Shown in pieces: positions 1-14,749 of a DNA stretch of 64,000 bases. Both the position numbers and the translations under genes were made by a program. The DNA lies in assembly GCA_030141605.1 (NCBI GenBank), contig JAQGDQ010000099.1:513194-577193 (forward strand), read 5' to 3'. Source of the stretch: Tubiluchus corallicola. Taxonomy: Eukaryota > Animalia > Priapulida. Each line of letters begins with the position of its first letter. The stretch's first letter is position 1. Under the pieces are notes generated by a model, which saw only the letters and a list, made by a program, of their open reading frames with translations, had not been told where the DNA came from and did not search any database.

Positions 1-171
1 AAACAGGTGAATAAAAAATTCACCAAACTGATCGGTTTTAGCTTTTCAAAACCATGAAATATGAGCTGTCCACATAAGAAATTGAAAAAAGCTTAACCTG
101 CACAATTCAACATGTTATCTACACAGTTAAAGAAATTAACACAACTTAAAACTTTATAAATGATTACATAC

Positions 172-3100
172 CTTCTCAAGTTTATAATGAGAGAAAACAG
201 AAAATCCTTCAAACATGTATTCATGGTCATCGTGAACAATTACAGTAGGACTAGCCTAAAACAGAAAACGCATATTATGGCGAAAATGTTGATTTTGTTG
301 CGCCGCATTTTAATTTGATCACTGAAATATAAGGAACACACCGTTAATATAATAAACAAATCAATTTATATAAATAACTATGGGGGGGGGCTAATGTAAC
401 TATAAAAATAACTATATAATCGGCTAATTAACTGAAAAGAGATTCTGGGTTCGAACGTTGTTGGCTCATAATTAGATGTTATGCTAATGCTTGAATATAA
501 ATAGACTGGTTTATTATTTTACAGTGCATAGCTATCTTGTGTTTCAGTGATATGTTAAGATATTAATCACTTTTTAATACAATTCAACACTCAATAGCTG
601 GGATTCAGCACTCAACAGCAAAGTCAACTACCAAAAATGTTGAATGGAAAGTTGAACAGTTGTGGCAAATTTGGAACCTGACTCATCATCAGAGATAAAC
701 TTGCAAGATATACTGCAGAACAGGCAGAATAGTAGGTGAAAAAGGCTAGAAACAGTTATACCAATGGTTACCTCATCCATTTGCTATCCAGGTGCTGTGC
801 TGCTTAACTGCAGCCAAAGACACGCTGTAACCATTTAGCCGCTCCCCTGCCTTAATCATGATATGTAATATTAAATGTACACTTATTTGTAATGCAAAGA
901 GATTGCTGATTACATAACCCTTCTCTTCCAATACGAGTGCAAACATACAGCATTTCTAAAACTTTTAAAAAAAACCAAGACATGTAACATGTACGTTGGC
1001 CACAATTGCACACAGTCATTTTGGTTTGTAGATAATTTTGTCTATAATTATTGCACAATGTTTCTGCAGGCTGTTTCTTTTAAAAATGCAGTACAATTTT
1101 CTTATCCCTAAACTATAGGCTTATTGCATAAAAAATCACATTTTTACATTTAATTAGTTGTAAAAGGTTTATTTATTCTAACTTACTCACCAGAAAATTT
1201 TTGTGCGGAGATATTGTGACTCGGTAATGAAACAGTTTGTCGGAATTGTTCGACATACGATCACATGCAGCTGGTAACTGAAACGTTACAATCAAATCAT
1301 CATTGTGAGGCTATACAATGTACAATGAGCAGTAGGAGATGTGTAATTTCTACTTAATGATTAATTAGCTATCCAGATGGACCATAGTGTCTGTGCCAAA
1401 AGTTGCAACTGTAGGCTCATGTACTGAGCAGTGTATATACTACAATTTAATCACAAATTTGATGTTCAAATGCATTACAGTATCTGTTCCATAGAGATGA
1501 AAAAACTGATTGGCCATATGAATTTGTTAGGAAAAAGTTAATATAAATGTACTTTATAGAAGCCATTATCTATATTTTTTTGTTTAAAACTGTGACTGCA
1601 AACAAACAAAAGTGACTTTTCTACTTCGCATGAAACAAAAACCACGCAGAAAAGTTCCAGAAAACGAAACAATTCTGTACCAGTCAGATGTCAGCACCAT
1701 TCATGCTGCATGTTCAGACTAGCGAGTTTTCCGTTGAGAGTTTCCTCTTTGACAACAAACTCGCAAGTGTGAATTACTTTGGGAGTAACTGTCAGCAACA
1801 AATTATAAACTCCCTGACACTAACTGAGCATGCACGGGAGTTACTTGGCGAGTTAGTTTGATGAAAAAACCAGTTTCTTTTAATACGCCTTTAAATATTG
1901 TGAAATTAATTAAAATCAATATATTTCAATCTAAATGCATTCAACTGAAAATCTTAAACACAAAATGAAAAAAAATAATTTTGCTTGAAAGATCGCCACT
2001 AGATTAGGGCATTCTGGTAAAAAAAGATGGCCAAATTGTTAGTGTAACCCTAAACTCTGGATGATGTAAAAAAAAATTTGTCAGCAGTTTTTATAAATGA
2101 AAAATGTAAGACTGCAAATGTGAAAATTGCGAATGATTGTATGCGGGTTTAAAATCAGAAATGAGATGGTAAATGGAACAAAAACTTTTGTTTCATAAAT
2201 TATGGCAGCCATTTTTTAATAGTGACAAATGAAAGGTTGTAATAAACAAAATAATATAATTTAGAGGAATTTCGACAGCAGTAAATTTTGTTAATTTACC
2301 ACTATCATTCACAAATTTTCAATGTACTAACATGACTCTACTGATCAATGTACCTGTTCTTCTGGATATAAACAATGGCGTATCCCAGTTTTGCGAGCAT
2401 TATAGCTACACCTGCATAAAGGCCCGTCAATTACCTATCAGAAAACAAGATCAAAACAAGTTGAAACATCAAAAAACTATTTCCAGGTTGGTGTTAAAAT
2501 AGCAATTCGAACATTCCCTTAAATGTCTTCAAAGTACATGGAGTACTCTTATGTTCAAAGTAATTTAATTTAATTTTAACACTCATTTAAAATTTGCAGA
2601 CAGTGTACAAACATACAACAATATAACATAATATATAACATACATTACAAAACTTTCACAGAACTCTCTGGGAGAAAACACACGCATAAAGAGATTCCTT
2701 CGTATTTCATAGGAAAAACAGGAAAACTTCATGAAAGGATGTTTTCCATTGCCGTAAAGCAGTACACCATACTCCACGAGATAAACACAATCGCATTAAC
2801 GACTATCATGAAATCAGATGACACAGCTCTGCACTCTAATATAATTTATGTCGGGAAATTACAAAAGCCAAAATGAGAAATTCCAGAAAAGATTCTACAG
2901 AAGTTTATATTTCTAACCAAGTGCTTCAAACTATTGTATTAGTTTACATTGTTTACATAGCAATATAAATGTCATCTCAACATGTTATGTACGTATCTAT
3001 ATTGCTAGCAGTCATACTGTAATGCTTCTACTGTTCGTTTATTGTCTGCACTCTTCTAAGTGATACATTCCATTGGCAAGAATGTCCATCAGTTGTAAAA

Positions 3101-6100
3101 CTGTCTGTCTGTTCAAGCTATATTGTAATCTATGTTATTCAATAAAACTACATTTAAACTAAAACCAAGATTTTAACTTTGATTGTTACCTCTCCCGGAT
3201 CGTTGTACCACAGTTCTGTATGTAACCTGTATGGATGTTTTTTCTTGATTTCGATCTCTTTCCAAGAGTCGGACATGTCTTCATCTTCATCGTCACTACT
3301 GCTGCTATCCGAACTGGATGAACTGCTACTACTTTTACCTGTAGAATGATGTTTGAATTATAACCATGTTTTTAATAAGTATGTACATATAATCAACAAT
3401 TTTCTGGCAACAGTTTTTTAACCATGAACAGTTTTTAGAATCCCAATTATTGAGCAGACTCCTGTCAATAATCACATAAACATTGTGTAAGCTAATCATT
3501 CAGTTAAGTAGTAAAAGAGCAGTCATCCTGCAGCCACACAATCTGACACCATAAAATAACATTCATATGCTTCACCAGTATGGAGTTCTTGCAATATCGC
3601 AGTACTGGCACCTTTGTGAGCCATATGGATTGGGTTCGCCACCTTCGTAACATTCATTCTAAATAAAGCAACCTACCATCAGTCCAACAACATTTACTAA
3701 AGTACAGATCACACATTTAGCGAGGATCACTTGGATTGAACTTCTCTTCATATTAGCAATAATCGTTGATCACAAATCATGGCAGTTTGAGCATGATTCC
3801 GAATGTTGGTGAATTATCAGTAACAATATACCTCAGAAAAGGGAACCAAAACACAAATTCACAATGAAGGCAAGACACGTGTAATCAGAACAGTAAGACA
3901 AGGATGCTATTGCTACATGAACAGATGTTATTTTTTGTAGTTTTACTTCAAAATTTAAGTTGTATTGTAACTATAAAAATTAAAATCCAGTGTTTTATAT
4001 GTTAACGTATCTTGGATGCTTGCACACTTTTCAGGTTACGCTAAAATGTATCCCATTCTCGGATTCTTGATTCCCTGGGGATAATAACAGTCAGATGCAG
4101 GTGGCATTCAAGTACCCCAAGTCACAAACTACAGTTGTTTTTTGTCTTTAACAGATTTAAAAACAAATTTATTACTAAATACGGATGTTCCAAAAAAAAG
4201 CAATGACCTGAGATTCTATAAACGTATCCATGTTACACCTGCCTTACAAAGTCTAATAAGCATGGAAGTAACCGATGTTGATATAAAACCATTTTTACTT
4301 CATTATGGTGCCATAATGCAAAACTCCAGGTTCGTTTTGTCATACCTGTTATATTTGTAACACAATAATTCTTTTGGAAGACCCGTACAGCAAAATAAAG
4401 AGAGTTTGTCAACAGGAACTTGGGACTAAAAAAATGCAATTTCACGTTCACGCAGCTAATTCTTTACTGTTACATGCAGTTCGCTAATCACTAGTTGGAA
4501 TGACACTAGTGAATGCATCTCGGAAATGCGTTGCACAAAAAAAGCAGGTGCTGTACCTCTCAATTCAGAGGTGTTCATTTGTGATGCTGAAATTTAACTT
4601 TAATAATAAAACTTGCCGAATTTTAGTATAACATACTATATGTCTTGCAGTAGCAATGTACTTCAATTTTTGCTTTTACAAACACGTGCAAGACTCATGG
4701 AATGTTGCTGATGAGAATTATGTTCATTTGTGATGTCATCAATACTTGGGCTCGCACGCCGTTAACTAAGATTTTAATCTATTACTTAATCATCAGAAAT
4801 AATTTTGCGGTATTATTCGTGTTAAAATGTAAACTTTTTACCGTACTTCAAAATGAGGTATGACATGAAGTCACCGTGTTTTCCTCTAAACAACGTTACA
4901 AAGCTTACACTTGTGAGGATGTCGATGTGTGGGTGGTTGTCTCGCAGGTGGCTCATAGGATGGAAACATGGCTCTCGCTCGTTGAGCTCGCTGTATCAAT
5001 TTGTAGCCAAACTTTTCATGTAGATCCTTAAGTTTTTGTGTGCCAATCATTAACTCAGCATTCTGAAAAAACCATAGACTCAAACGTTACATGTGCAACA
5101 CACAAAAGCCAAAATTGCTATAGCGTCACAAGCAGGTGTATTATTCCGAGGATAATTAAACAGCAAAAACAGTGTAGGTAACAACAAAGAACAAGGTATG
5201 GTGTTTTAATTCAGCAAGCTTTATAAACAAGTTTTCACTGCCACATTTTGAAATTTTACTGATACGATATTTTCTTCTCACTGAGTTATTTACAAATTAA
5301 TGGTCAGCAGGTTCTGTCGTTTCAAAAATATGGTCTTTGCTTAGCATCTTCACAATGGTAGGTATCCACAAGAGCCCAAAAATGATTCAGATAATTAGAC
5401 TTATTTGTGAAATCTCATTCACTAGCTATTATCCTGCTCCTTTTGTTATAACATAGGTGTTATCCCCAATCCTTTATTAAAAACAATATTTGCAAAAAAC
5501 TCAATAAATTGTATAAACTTACCTGTTTATCCCTCACATAAAATAAGTCAGCGGGACTGCTCCTCTGCCAGGAAGACTGCTCTACAGGAGATTCTCCTTC
5601 GTTTGTTGCTCTCATGTCATGAAGACGCCAGTACTCTTCATACATCAACTGATCAGCATCGTCATCAAAATTAGAGCCTTGATCGGATGGTTCTCCACTT
5701 ACATCTTTTTCCTGCTTCTCATTACCACCTTCTTGTCTATCTGCAGAATAGTTTCTGCTTCGTAAACTAGATCTTTTGTCAAAGAATTGCTTCTCTCCTG
5801 CAGTTGTTTTTAATGGTAGTTCTTTCCCCAATGGTTCACCTCTTGAGTAAGTACTGCTTCTGTAGCCGCTTCTGTCTGAATGTTGACGTCTTCTCGGGGC
5901 TTGCTGGGTTTCTTTGTGCTGCGATCCATCTCCTTTCTCATCCAAAATGTAACGCTTTTTGTACCTGTCTTGTGAGTAAGATCTACTTCTACTTCGTGAT
6001 TGCCTTTTTTCACACTCCGATCTACCTTCATCTGAATGCGAACTTTTTGAAGCCTGTCCCAGGGCCTCTAGTCGGTCATCCTGCTTCTTTTGTGAGTACA

Positions 6101-7119
6101 TTCTACTCCTGTCTCTGGACTGCAATCTTCTGCTTATTCCATACCTTTGATCATTTTCTTCTTTACCTTCAGTCTTGATTTGTCTTTCATGTCTTTCTCG
6201 CCTATTACGGCTGGTACGTCTTTCTTCCACACTCCTCCTACGAACATGCCAGTTTTTACTATTTTTTCTAACTCCATCCCTTTCACCACATGCAGTTTCT
6301 TTATTTGACCGTTCCCCTCTTACGCCTTCATGCCTTCTCTCCTGGTTGTGTTCGCTAGAAAACATTCTTCTCCTGTCGACGCCTCGATAGTCTGGAAAAT
6401 GCCTTTCTGATTCATGTCGGAACCCATAAGAATCAGAAGGAACACCGAATTTATCTTTCCAAGGTGGAAATGGCTGGTTTTGATCCCATCCATAGCTGGT
6501 TTGGTATGTACTTTCTACCCTAGACTACAGCAAGATAGCACAGCATGAAACCTGAGTAAATTAATAATGTTCCAGACAGTAATAAAATATAGTGTATTAG
6601 TAAAAAAATGTATGCGGAGTAAAACAATAATGGAAAAGAAGGACTGATAACAAAGACTAACAAAAGACTAAATGACTAGCAATTAAAAGAAAGAATAAAG
6701 GAAGCGGTTGCAATACTTACATATGTATGCTGAGAATGCTGATCATAATTAGCAGCACTGGACATTGTCCACTGGTTTGGATCAGAGATAGGAGGAAATC
6801 TTGGTGACATTCTGACATTCCTCGGTGGCTGGTGCATTCCAAAACCATCAGGTGGCATTTCAAACCGGAGGTTACATGGGGGTCGCTGCTGCCTCAATGA
6901 ATCTGCAAATGCTGGAGGAGGACCGGGCATTCTGAATCCTGAGTTTGGTGGCGGGTCTCGCATTGGAAAGAAACCATATGGTGGAGCAGGCGGTCTAAAA
7001 CCAGGATGACTTGACGAGTTAGCAGGTAACATTGTGGTAGAATTGGGACATCCTGGCGTGTACTCCACTTGAGATGGACCGACCTGAGTACTTGTGACTG
7101 GGGGATATCTAGGATACAT
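172..7119 (-). CDS. DROSHA: Drosha (ribonuclease III), 5' portion; gene continues beyond the left edge
   Basis: Phase-consistent GT-AG exons 7119-6721, 6524-5523, 5062-4909, 3338-3190, 2434-2354, 1277-1191 and 255-172. They encode a Pro-rich N-terminus, an Arg/Ser-rich region and central-domain motifs: KKKHPYRLHTELWYNDPGE, DGPLCRCS..ARKTGIRHCLYPEE, LFHYRVTISP..NFL, PTVIVHDDHEYMFEGFSVFSH. The RNase III domains lie outside the window. Confidence 0.93.
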
Positions 7120-8425
7120 CAGGCTCTGATCTAAAATTGTAAGCAAAACAATTCTCAGTAAGATGTAGAATAATTTTATCAGCAACTTTTTTAAATATTT
7201 GGTGATACTGCAATCACAATTAAACTTGAATCACAGTTTAATTCTTCTAAAAAGTGCATTTGAGTACTGGGCTCGTCCTATGCAATATATTGTTGCGTTG
7301 GCAAGTAATGCTGCTAAAAATCATTAATAGCAAAATACTGTGTCTGAAATCTAGGATAACCGAAATTCCAGATGGTCCACAATAAAGTGAATGTATAATG
7401 TTTATGCTGCATCTATGCTTTAGTCCTTATTTGACCTCTAAAACTGCAATTGCGTGTGCTAGTACATTTAAAGGCACATACATTTAGACACATCAGCAAT
7501 CAGCGATGGTAGGTCCTGTGTTTAGCGTTGCCTGCACCGTCGCACTTTGTTGACTATAGTTTTTACCCACTGACAACCAATCAGACAGAAAACTCCTAAC
7601 AGGCTACTACCTATTCAGTGTAATTTACTAGCTCACTATATACCTGTACACTTGAAAAATAGAACAGAAAATAGAAAACTGAATAGTTGACCAGTCCTTA
7701 CTTCCCAGTAAGTGGTCCATGGTGTGATTACAAAGACACACAAGGCTATTCACCCTAGCATACAGGAGACTGAGAGACGATATGATGAGGCTTACAAGAT
7801 TTTAATAACGAGTACAGTGTTGCCAAATTTTTGTGGGAGGTAGGTTAACGATGTTAAAGGAATCAAAATGACGAAAGAAATACAAAAATCTTAAAACTAA
7901 AGACAATAGGGACAGAGCTAATTTAGAAAACTTAAATAACTATTAAAGATTTTTTGATAACAAATTTTACGTAAAGAAAATGATGTTTAGAAATCGTAAG
8001 TTATTAACTATATGATTGAAGTAATTCGTTTCTATATTTTAATATTAGTGTTTTAATGGATGTAAAGTTTCATACCTGGGCTTACGGAGTTCCACAAAAT
8101 AGTTCCACGATGTTGTATTGTGCGTAAACCATGATTAGTATGGAATCTGTCCTGATATAAGTTACTACTTACTGGGGCCCTAGTGTTGTAAATATGCACA
8201 TCAGATATTATTGTAAAATGTACGAAAAATCTAAAATATTTTCGTACTTGATTTGGCTAGAAGATCACTTCACCAAAATAACAGAAGATAAGGTAAGAGA
8301 CACATTCACCAATACCACTAATCATAGGTCGTAAGTTTATTATTATTAAAATTTTAATTACTGTCGAAATACTGCTTGCGTGCCCGGTTATACTCGTAGC
8401 TGCACACTAATACTTGCTTGCTTAC

Positions 8426-8670
8426 TGAAAACCGTTGAAATTTCTCTCTTGTTGTACTGACTTTTACCAAGAGGTATTATAGAAAAAGTAGACCGAAAAC
8501 TTAACAATAAAAACGTAAAATACTGTTCAGAAGCTTACAAATCAGCTTTAAAAATTTTAAGTAATGTTTAACACACGCGGCAACCATCTTGCAATTTCTA
8601 AGATTTCTTAGCGCACCGTTGTAACTAATACAACTTCTACGAATAGAACTCTAGGTCTTGACGTCAATCT
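8426..8670 (-). promoter_or_regulatory. Probable Drosha promoter and non-coding first exon
   Basis: The ATG exon is opened by an acceptor at 7131-7132, so an upstream exon is needed. There is a GTAAGC donor at 8425-8420, a YY1-like AAGATGG near 8585-8590 and a CRE palindrome TGACGTCA at about 8659-8666. Confidence 0.5.
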
Positions 8671-10204
8671 AAAAAAAGATTGTAAAGAAGTTGCCTGTAC
8701 CCTCTGCCCAGTGCCCAGCACTGCACTTCTGCAACCTGTTTGTGTTTAGAGTCAAAATAACAGTTACTGTCAATCTAGTAGTACTAGTAAATATTTTATG
8801 GGGTAGAAATGGCAAAAAACGACCGTATAGGAAGGAAAAACCTATGTACCTATTTACACTAGAACTTAAAATAAAATTAAAAACAAAATTTAATAGCAAA
8901 GGTACAGAATGTAAATTTTAAAATACAAAGTTTGAATAGTCGATTTTAAGTTCAAGTGTATAGTTTTCCTTAGTGTAATCCACCAAAGACAATTCAATTT
9001 TATGTACCTTTCACAGGCACTTATATTAGCCTAGCCTTTATAAACCACCAAACATCACTCTCAGGTTAGTAGCACAGCCTATTCAAGCATGTCAATTTGT
9101 TCTTGTTCTATTTACTTTATTTTATTAAGTACTCATTGTGGCATTTGCATAATGCTTGTTTTTTTCTTCCCATGCAGTTGTTTTTATTCTCTTTTTTTAA
9201 TATAAATTATATTTTAAATCAATGATGTTTAGCTACTAATTTTGCTTTTAATGGTCTTGTTTCACATGGTATATAATGTTTTAGCATTTTATCCATATTT
9301 TTTTATTTGATAACGCTCGCTAGGTTGAAAACTCCTGAAATAAATAAACAATCATTTTGAGACTATAAAGGGCATTCAACATTTTTATGTTAAACAGTGC
9401 ATGATTTAATTAACAAAATCCTTTTCAACCCAGTTAGCCAAGCCTAGCGGGTCTATCTGTTAGCTGAGCAAGAAAAGACACGAGCGTTTTTATACTAGTC
9501 ACAAACAAGGAAAGGTAAGATTTCGGGAGTGGTTTATTCATGTTATAAAATAACATCGTTAACAATTTTCTTTTATGTTTTGCCTCCACATTGAAGTATG
9601 TATGTGTGTGCATGCGTGCGCGTGTTGTGTGTGCTCTGCATACGTACAGAAGGTAAAAAGGCTTATAAAGCATCTTGAACTCTTGAACTGTTGAGAGTAT
9701 TCAAAATATAGTGGAAAAATTCAATATTATATATAATTATATTAGAGGATGGGTAGGTCCGACTAAGTGCTCGCAACCATGGCAAGAGTTCAGATGCGCT
9801 GTCAGGTGGGGTCAACACCTGCCGTGAAAACAAAAGGTTATGGGTTCAAATTCTTGTTGGTAAATTTTTCAGTGCCTCCAATTTATTTGCTATTAAGGCG
9901 AAAGTTATTTAGAATAAAAGTTCTAGAGAAGGATGAATTTATTTTGTAACTTGGGTGTACTGAGGCAAAATTATTAATTTTGTTCTTGATTAATAATGAG
10001 CACTATACTCAGCTATTCTGACTGAATGTTCATTTTTCGCACTGTGGATGATCGAAACTTATTTACGCTCAACCATGTGCGTTGGGAAATGTTATGAGAA
10101 CAGACTGATATCAATCACATTGCATAACTAACAACAGTACAATAAATCAATATCACTGAGTCGCGTTTTGCATATTGAAAATTTTCGGAAAAGCAAATGT
10201 ACTA

Positions 10205-10730
10205 CAGTGGACTCTCGTTACAAGAATCACACGTATAAGAATCAGCTCGATATAAGAATCAAAATCGCGTTTCCCGAATTGAATCGGCATTTTCCTAGTG
10301 AAAATCCGCTCGTATAAAAATCACCCTTCTTTCGATAGTAGAATCAATTTTGGCGCCAACTCCATTGTCTCTCACGCCCTGCTTACATGGTTCTGCGCAG
10401 TGGGTGTGGCGGACACCACAGAGATTTCATATTTGTTTGTTTGCGTGTCAGTCAGTTGAAAAATGGCATCCAAACGGAAAAGCAGAAGTGTGAAAAGGTG
10501 AAAATCATCGCCGCTTATGACGCGCTTCCTAGGAATTTTTAGGTCCTTTTTAGGCCAGAAAAACATTGTGCTGTTTCATGTCGTTTCTAGCGTAATTACG
10601 GGAAATAAATAATTTTTATGTGCATAAAATTTTTTTAAACCAATTCTGGGTCATGCTCGTTATAAGAATCGCTCGTTATAAGAATCACTTTGCCTTCTCC
10701 CGAGGTGATTCTTATAACGAGAGTCCACTG
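10205..10730. mobile_element. Tc1/mariner (pogo/Tigger-like) MITE
   Basis: TIRs CAGTGGACTCTCGTTAcAAGAATCAC ... GTGATTCTTATAACGAGAGTCCACTG, TA on both flanks, subterminal TATAAGAATC repeats, no transposase ORF. Confidence 0.88.
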
Positions 10731-12026
10731 TATGCCCAGGCAAAGATGAATGCCACTGTGCACCACCGCCACAACAAAATGTATTATGTTATAGTACTGA
10801 CATAATAATGTTTATTTTTTCGACATTACGTGTGTGTGAACATATAATTTAATTTATAGGCATATTTTTCGGTGTGATAGCATTTATAATATACATTTCA
10901 TATAAGTTTACAGTATACAAGCAGAAAAATTAGCAAATATATGGAGTTTTGCATCAATCTTTCATTCACATGAGTTCTGCATGGGTTCAATCCTAAAGCA
11001 AATATTCATACAATTAAAAATAATTTTAGTGAGCAGGTCTCGAGTTATTATTTGGAAATTGCTGTGTAAGATTCAGTGGAGAAATTAAAGATGTAAAGTT
11101 TATTAGTTGAGTTTATGCCTGTTCATGACATTGAGAGCAGAATGGCTATGTTAAAAGATCATGCCACTGAATCAGGCCACTCCTCAGCTAAAAATGAAAT
11201 TACAGAGTGCTTACGTCAAAAGATCTTAGAATGAGGACTGGGTAGTTGCAAGCTGGGCAGCAAGCAGCGAAGATGTGGTTTGTCAAGCTGTGTGAGGAAA
11301 GGAATAGTTGAGAACACTTTGCAGTATGTTGTTAACTTGTTATTAGACATGCACAGAAGTGTTAGAATTAGATTCTAGTTCAGCAAGATGAACTGAGGGC
11401 AGAGTGTTAATGCAGTCTAAGCACTAGTGAATTCAGTTGCAACTCATTGACAGTATGATTTATAACTTGTATGCAGATTTGTTGCAGAGATAATAATTAT
11501 ACCTTCTATGCAGAGCACTTAGATGAGATTAAAAGCAGAATGCTTGGAAAAAATCATGATGTTATAATTATATGTAAACAAGCTTCTCTGGTGATGTAAG
11601 GGTATTGTTTCATGTATTTGTATGCAAAGTCTTGTTTTTCAGTTAACTTCCTAATACCTATTCTAGCTGTTTGGACATCACAATGAATGTGCATTCCCTT
11701 ATACATGTGACATCATGAGCCACAAACAACAGCAATGAATAGCAATTACAGCACAATTAAACTATTAAATACCCCAACTAATTTTTATGAATACTCCCAG
11801 TCATGCTTCTCTCTCCTAGCAAAAGGTTATATTACGTTAAACCCTGTAACGTGTTTTGCTTTGACTTTGTATTGTTAATAATTTTAACGTTTCCCTTTGA
11901 AGTCGGTCATTGGCGGACAGTCCACACTGGGATTGTAAGGAAAACGTAAAATAAATCGAACCGACTACACGCTTAGTACAAGCGGTGCGCTAAAGTCATT
12001 AAGAGATACCAAATGATGCGGTTCTT

Positions 12027-12771
12027 GGGCGCCGAGTAAGCCACTAGCCGAAGTAGGACAATTGGCGTACATGGGCTAACCCAAGTAGGACCCATCGTAC
12101 ATGGGCTGCCATAGTAGGACACTAGAGAGCAGAGACAGGTCGCGAATTGAGTTCGTTAAGCGTACTGACACCGTCCGTTCTCCTTGTTTATATAATAATA
12201 ATTAAAAACGCCAATACACGTTGAATAATTTATTATACATCTGATAAAATAAAAGAATTTCATTCTGAGCTAGTAGAATTAATATTTGCCAATATTAATC
12301 TTCTTTGAAGTGAAATAAGCGCACTTCTTAAGGCGATTCCAACATTTGTTTAAGGTATATCATTTTTTTATTTTGTCGTGCTTCACAGACAGGTAATCCT
12401 TTTCACTCCCTCTTGGACAAATAATTGTTTTCTACTAAGCAAACGGGTTAGCGAGTTATGTGCCCTACATAGTTTCTCTCGTTAAAGCGTTAGATACTTA
12501 TTTAATGTTATGATGATATTAATAGAGCTAATAATAATGATGATATTATTGTAAATGATACATTGTAAATTGACAAGCAGTATCCATCATTATTATAAAG
12601 TTACTTTTTTCCAAAACAAATTTAGTTTTACGTTTCATTATGTCATAATTCTCGACAGAAATCGCCAGGGTCCTACTTCGGCTGCCCATGTACGACACTG
12701 CTTTTTCGCAAATTTGGCGCATACGTTTTACCGGAAGTGTCCTACTTCGGCTAGTGGATTACTCGGCGCCC
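12027..12771. mobile_element. MITE with ~34-bp TIRs (GGG...CCC termini), copy 1
   Basis: GGGCGCCGAGTAAGCCACTAGCCGAAGTAGGACA at the left end and its near-perfect reverse complement at the right end. An inverted homologous copy lies at 28657-29392. Confidence 0.85.
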
Positions 12772-13563
12772 TACAGCGATTGACATGAGAAGTTCAGTAC
12801 CGAAACAGTATCAAAGTATAGTAGTACAGTTCAAAGTTTGTTCTTCAGATTAAATACTGTTATTCTAGACTGACACCGATGTTATGGCAGAGATGTTTAT
12901 GGGTTTGTGGAAGGTTAGCGATTAAAGGTCATAAAGTTCGGGACCACTTGTTTTCTAGCACTTTGCAGCTTAAATTCAGTAATAGTAAGCATTTTTGAAA
13001 TTTATCTATGATGTAATACTTCTCTATTAATAATGCATACTTGTGCAAATGAAGCTAGTTAAATTTTAGCATTTACAGTATAGTCACCATAATAAGCCAC
13101 ATTATGTCTATAAAAGTATAATACTTAGTAATAGTATTATACTTTATAGATATTGGGCAGGCAGGACTCAAATAAATCTGCCTTCAAGACGGGTAAACAC
13201 AGGAGTAGTCAAGCAATTAACTAAATAGTAATACTGCTGTGCAAGTGGCTTGTCAGTACCACTTCCGATATTGTCAACTCCTGTATCTACATGTGCGATT
13301 TTTGCTTAAACATCATTCACATTAGTCAGATGCATACCTCCAAAACTCGTGTCAGAATTGCCAACTGAATTTGCGATACAATTGTGTGACCATTACGATA
13401 TCAGATGCACATGACTTTCTGATTAGAAATTACATGTTCTAGACGTTGCAACAAATTAGAAATTAGATGTTCTAATTTCTTGCAACATCATTTTTTCTGT
13501 ATGAATACAGTTTTCCAAGAGTAATAAATTAGATCAAGATTTCAGTTTTATTTATCTCATTCC

Positions 13564-13916
13564 CAGGGCCGGATTATGATATTTGGGGCTAATGAGATTA
13601 TGCGCCCCTTTCAGAAAAGCCACCCTCTAACTAGCCCGCACATGTCTTGAATATTTTTTACTCTTGATATATTTAGCAACATTTATATAGCTTGAAGTTA
13701 ATTTATTGCAAATAATTTAAATAAACTGGAATAAAAATTTTTGTTTGTCAATAAAATGATTTTTGTGATGTACCACTATTTTACTACTTATTGCAAACCA
13801 AATTGCTCATATTTCAACACAACCCTAATAAAAAACAGATTTTTTTGCCAAATATTACCTAGGCTTGGGGGCCATAAGCTGCAGCCTATACTAGCCTATA
13901 GGATAATCCAGCCCTG
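13564..13916. mobile_element. hAT-family MITE, copy 1
   Basis: TIRs CAGGGCCGGATTAT ... ATAATCCAGCCCTG with an exact 8-bp TSD CTCATTCC on both sides. Confidence 0.88.
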
Positions 13917-14749
13917 CTCATTCCACTGTTCTATATAATATACAATATTTCATTAAGAACACTAATCAACTGCATTAAGGGAGACGAAAGATCAGGTCAC
14001 CGGGGGCATGAGCTGTGTGATGTGAATTGTGGATGTAAAGGTGCCAAATTTTTTCGCACAGTTTGGCTAGTAAGGAGTGACGGCTCGTAGCTAAAATTAG
14101 TGGTGGTGCTGGTTCACAAAATTTTTAGCCATTGTTTTAATACTGTGTAAAACGAAACAAGTATATGTAATTTTAGTGTTGTAATTTGCAACAAAAATTT
14201 ATATATAAACTTGATAAAATCTTAAAAAAAATTTTGTTAACGAATAGTCTAAATTGTTCTAGGTTTAATTCTAATTCTAATAGCCTAAATCTAATTCTAC
14301 ACTTTATCACATTCAAGAATATGCCGGGACATGGCTTTTGGGCACGTGACAACAGACAACACACACTGTATGAGCGATAGTGCTCTCTCTACCTAGAGTG
14401 CAGCATCTTACCACAGACATGTGTGCTTGGCCTGTGTAAAGGAAATGTAAAGGAACAATTAAACAAAAAAGACTCGCTATATTGAATAGTGTCGATAATA
14501 TTGAGTGAAAATAGTGGGTCCTACAGTTCTGCCGTGCCTATACTCGAGCCGCCACTGCTAATAAGACATTAATAATTAATTTGTTTAATTGAATGACACT
14601 AATGGCTCAAAGCCTGAAACCGAAACCTATATAGTACCCACAGTGGCATCTGGAAATATCAGTGTAAGAGCCTTTCAGACAATTTCTCAGTGCATACACA
14701 GTTTTTTCTTTTGACGCTGTCTTTCTTTTTTGCAGCTCATCTACGGAAG

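Noticed and set aside
5804-6390. Plus-strand and alternative-frame ORFs overlapping the Drosha RS exon, and most other 60-140 aa ORFs in the track
   Set aside because: They are shadows of real exons, low-complexity sequence or repeat interiors, with no recognisable motifs.
11040-11720. Compositionally biased intergenic stretch, possibly an old retroelement
   Set aside because: No interpretable reading frame or termini, so it cannot be classified.
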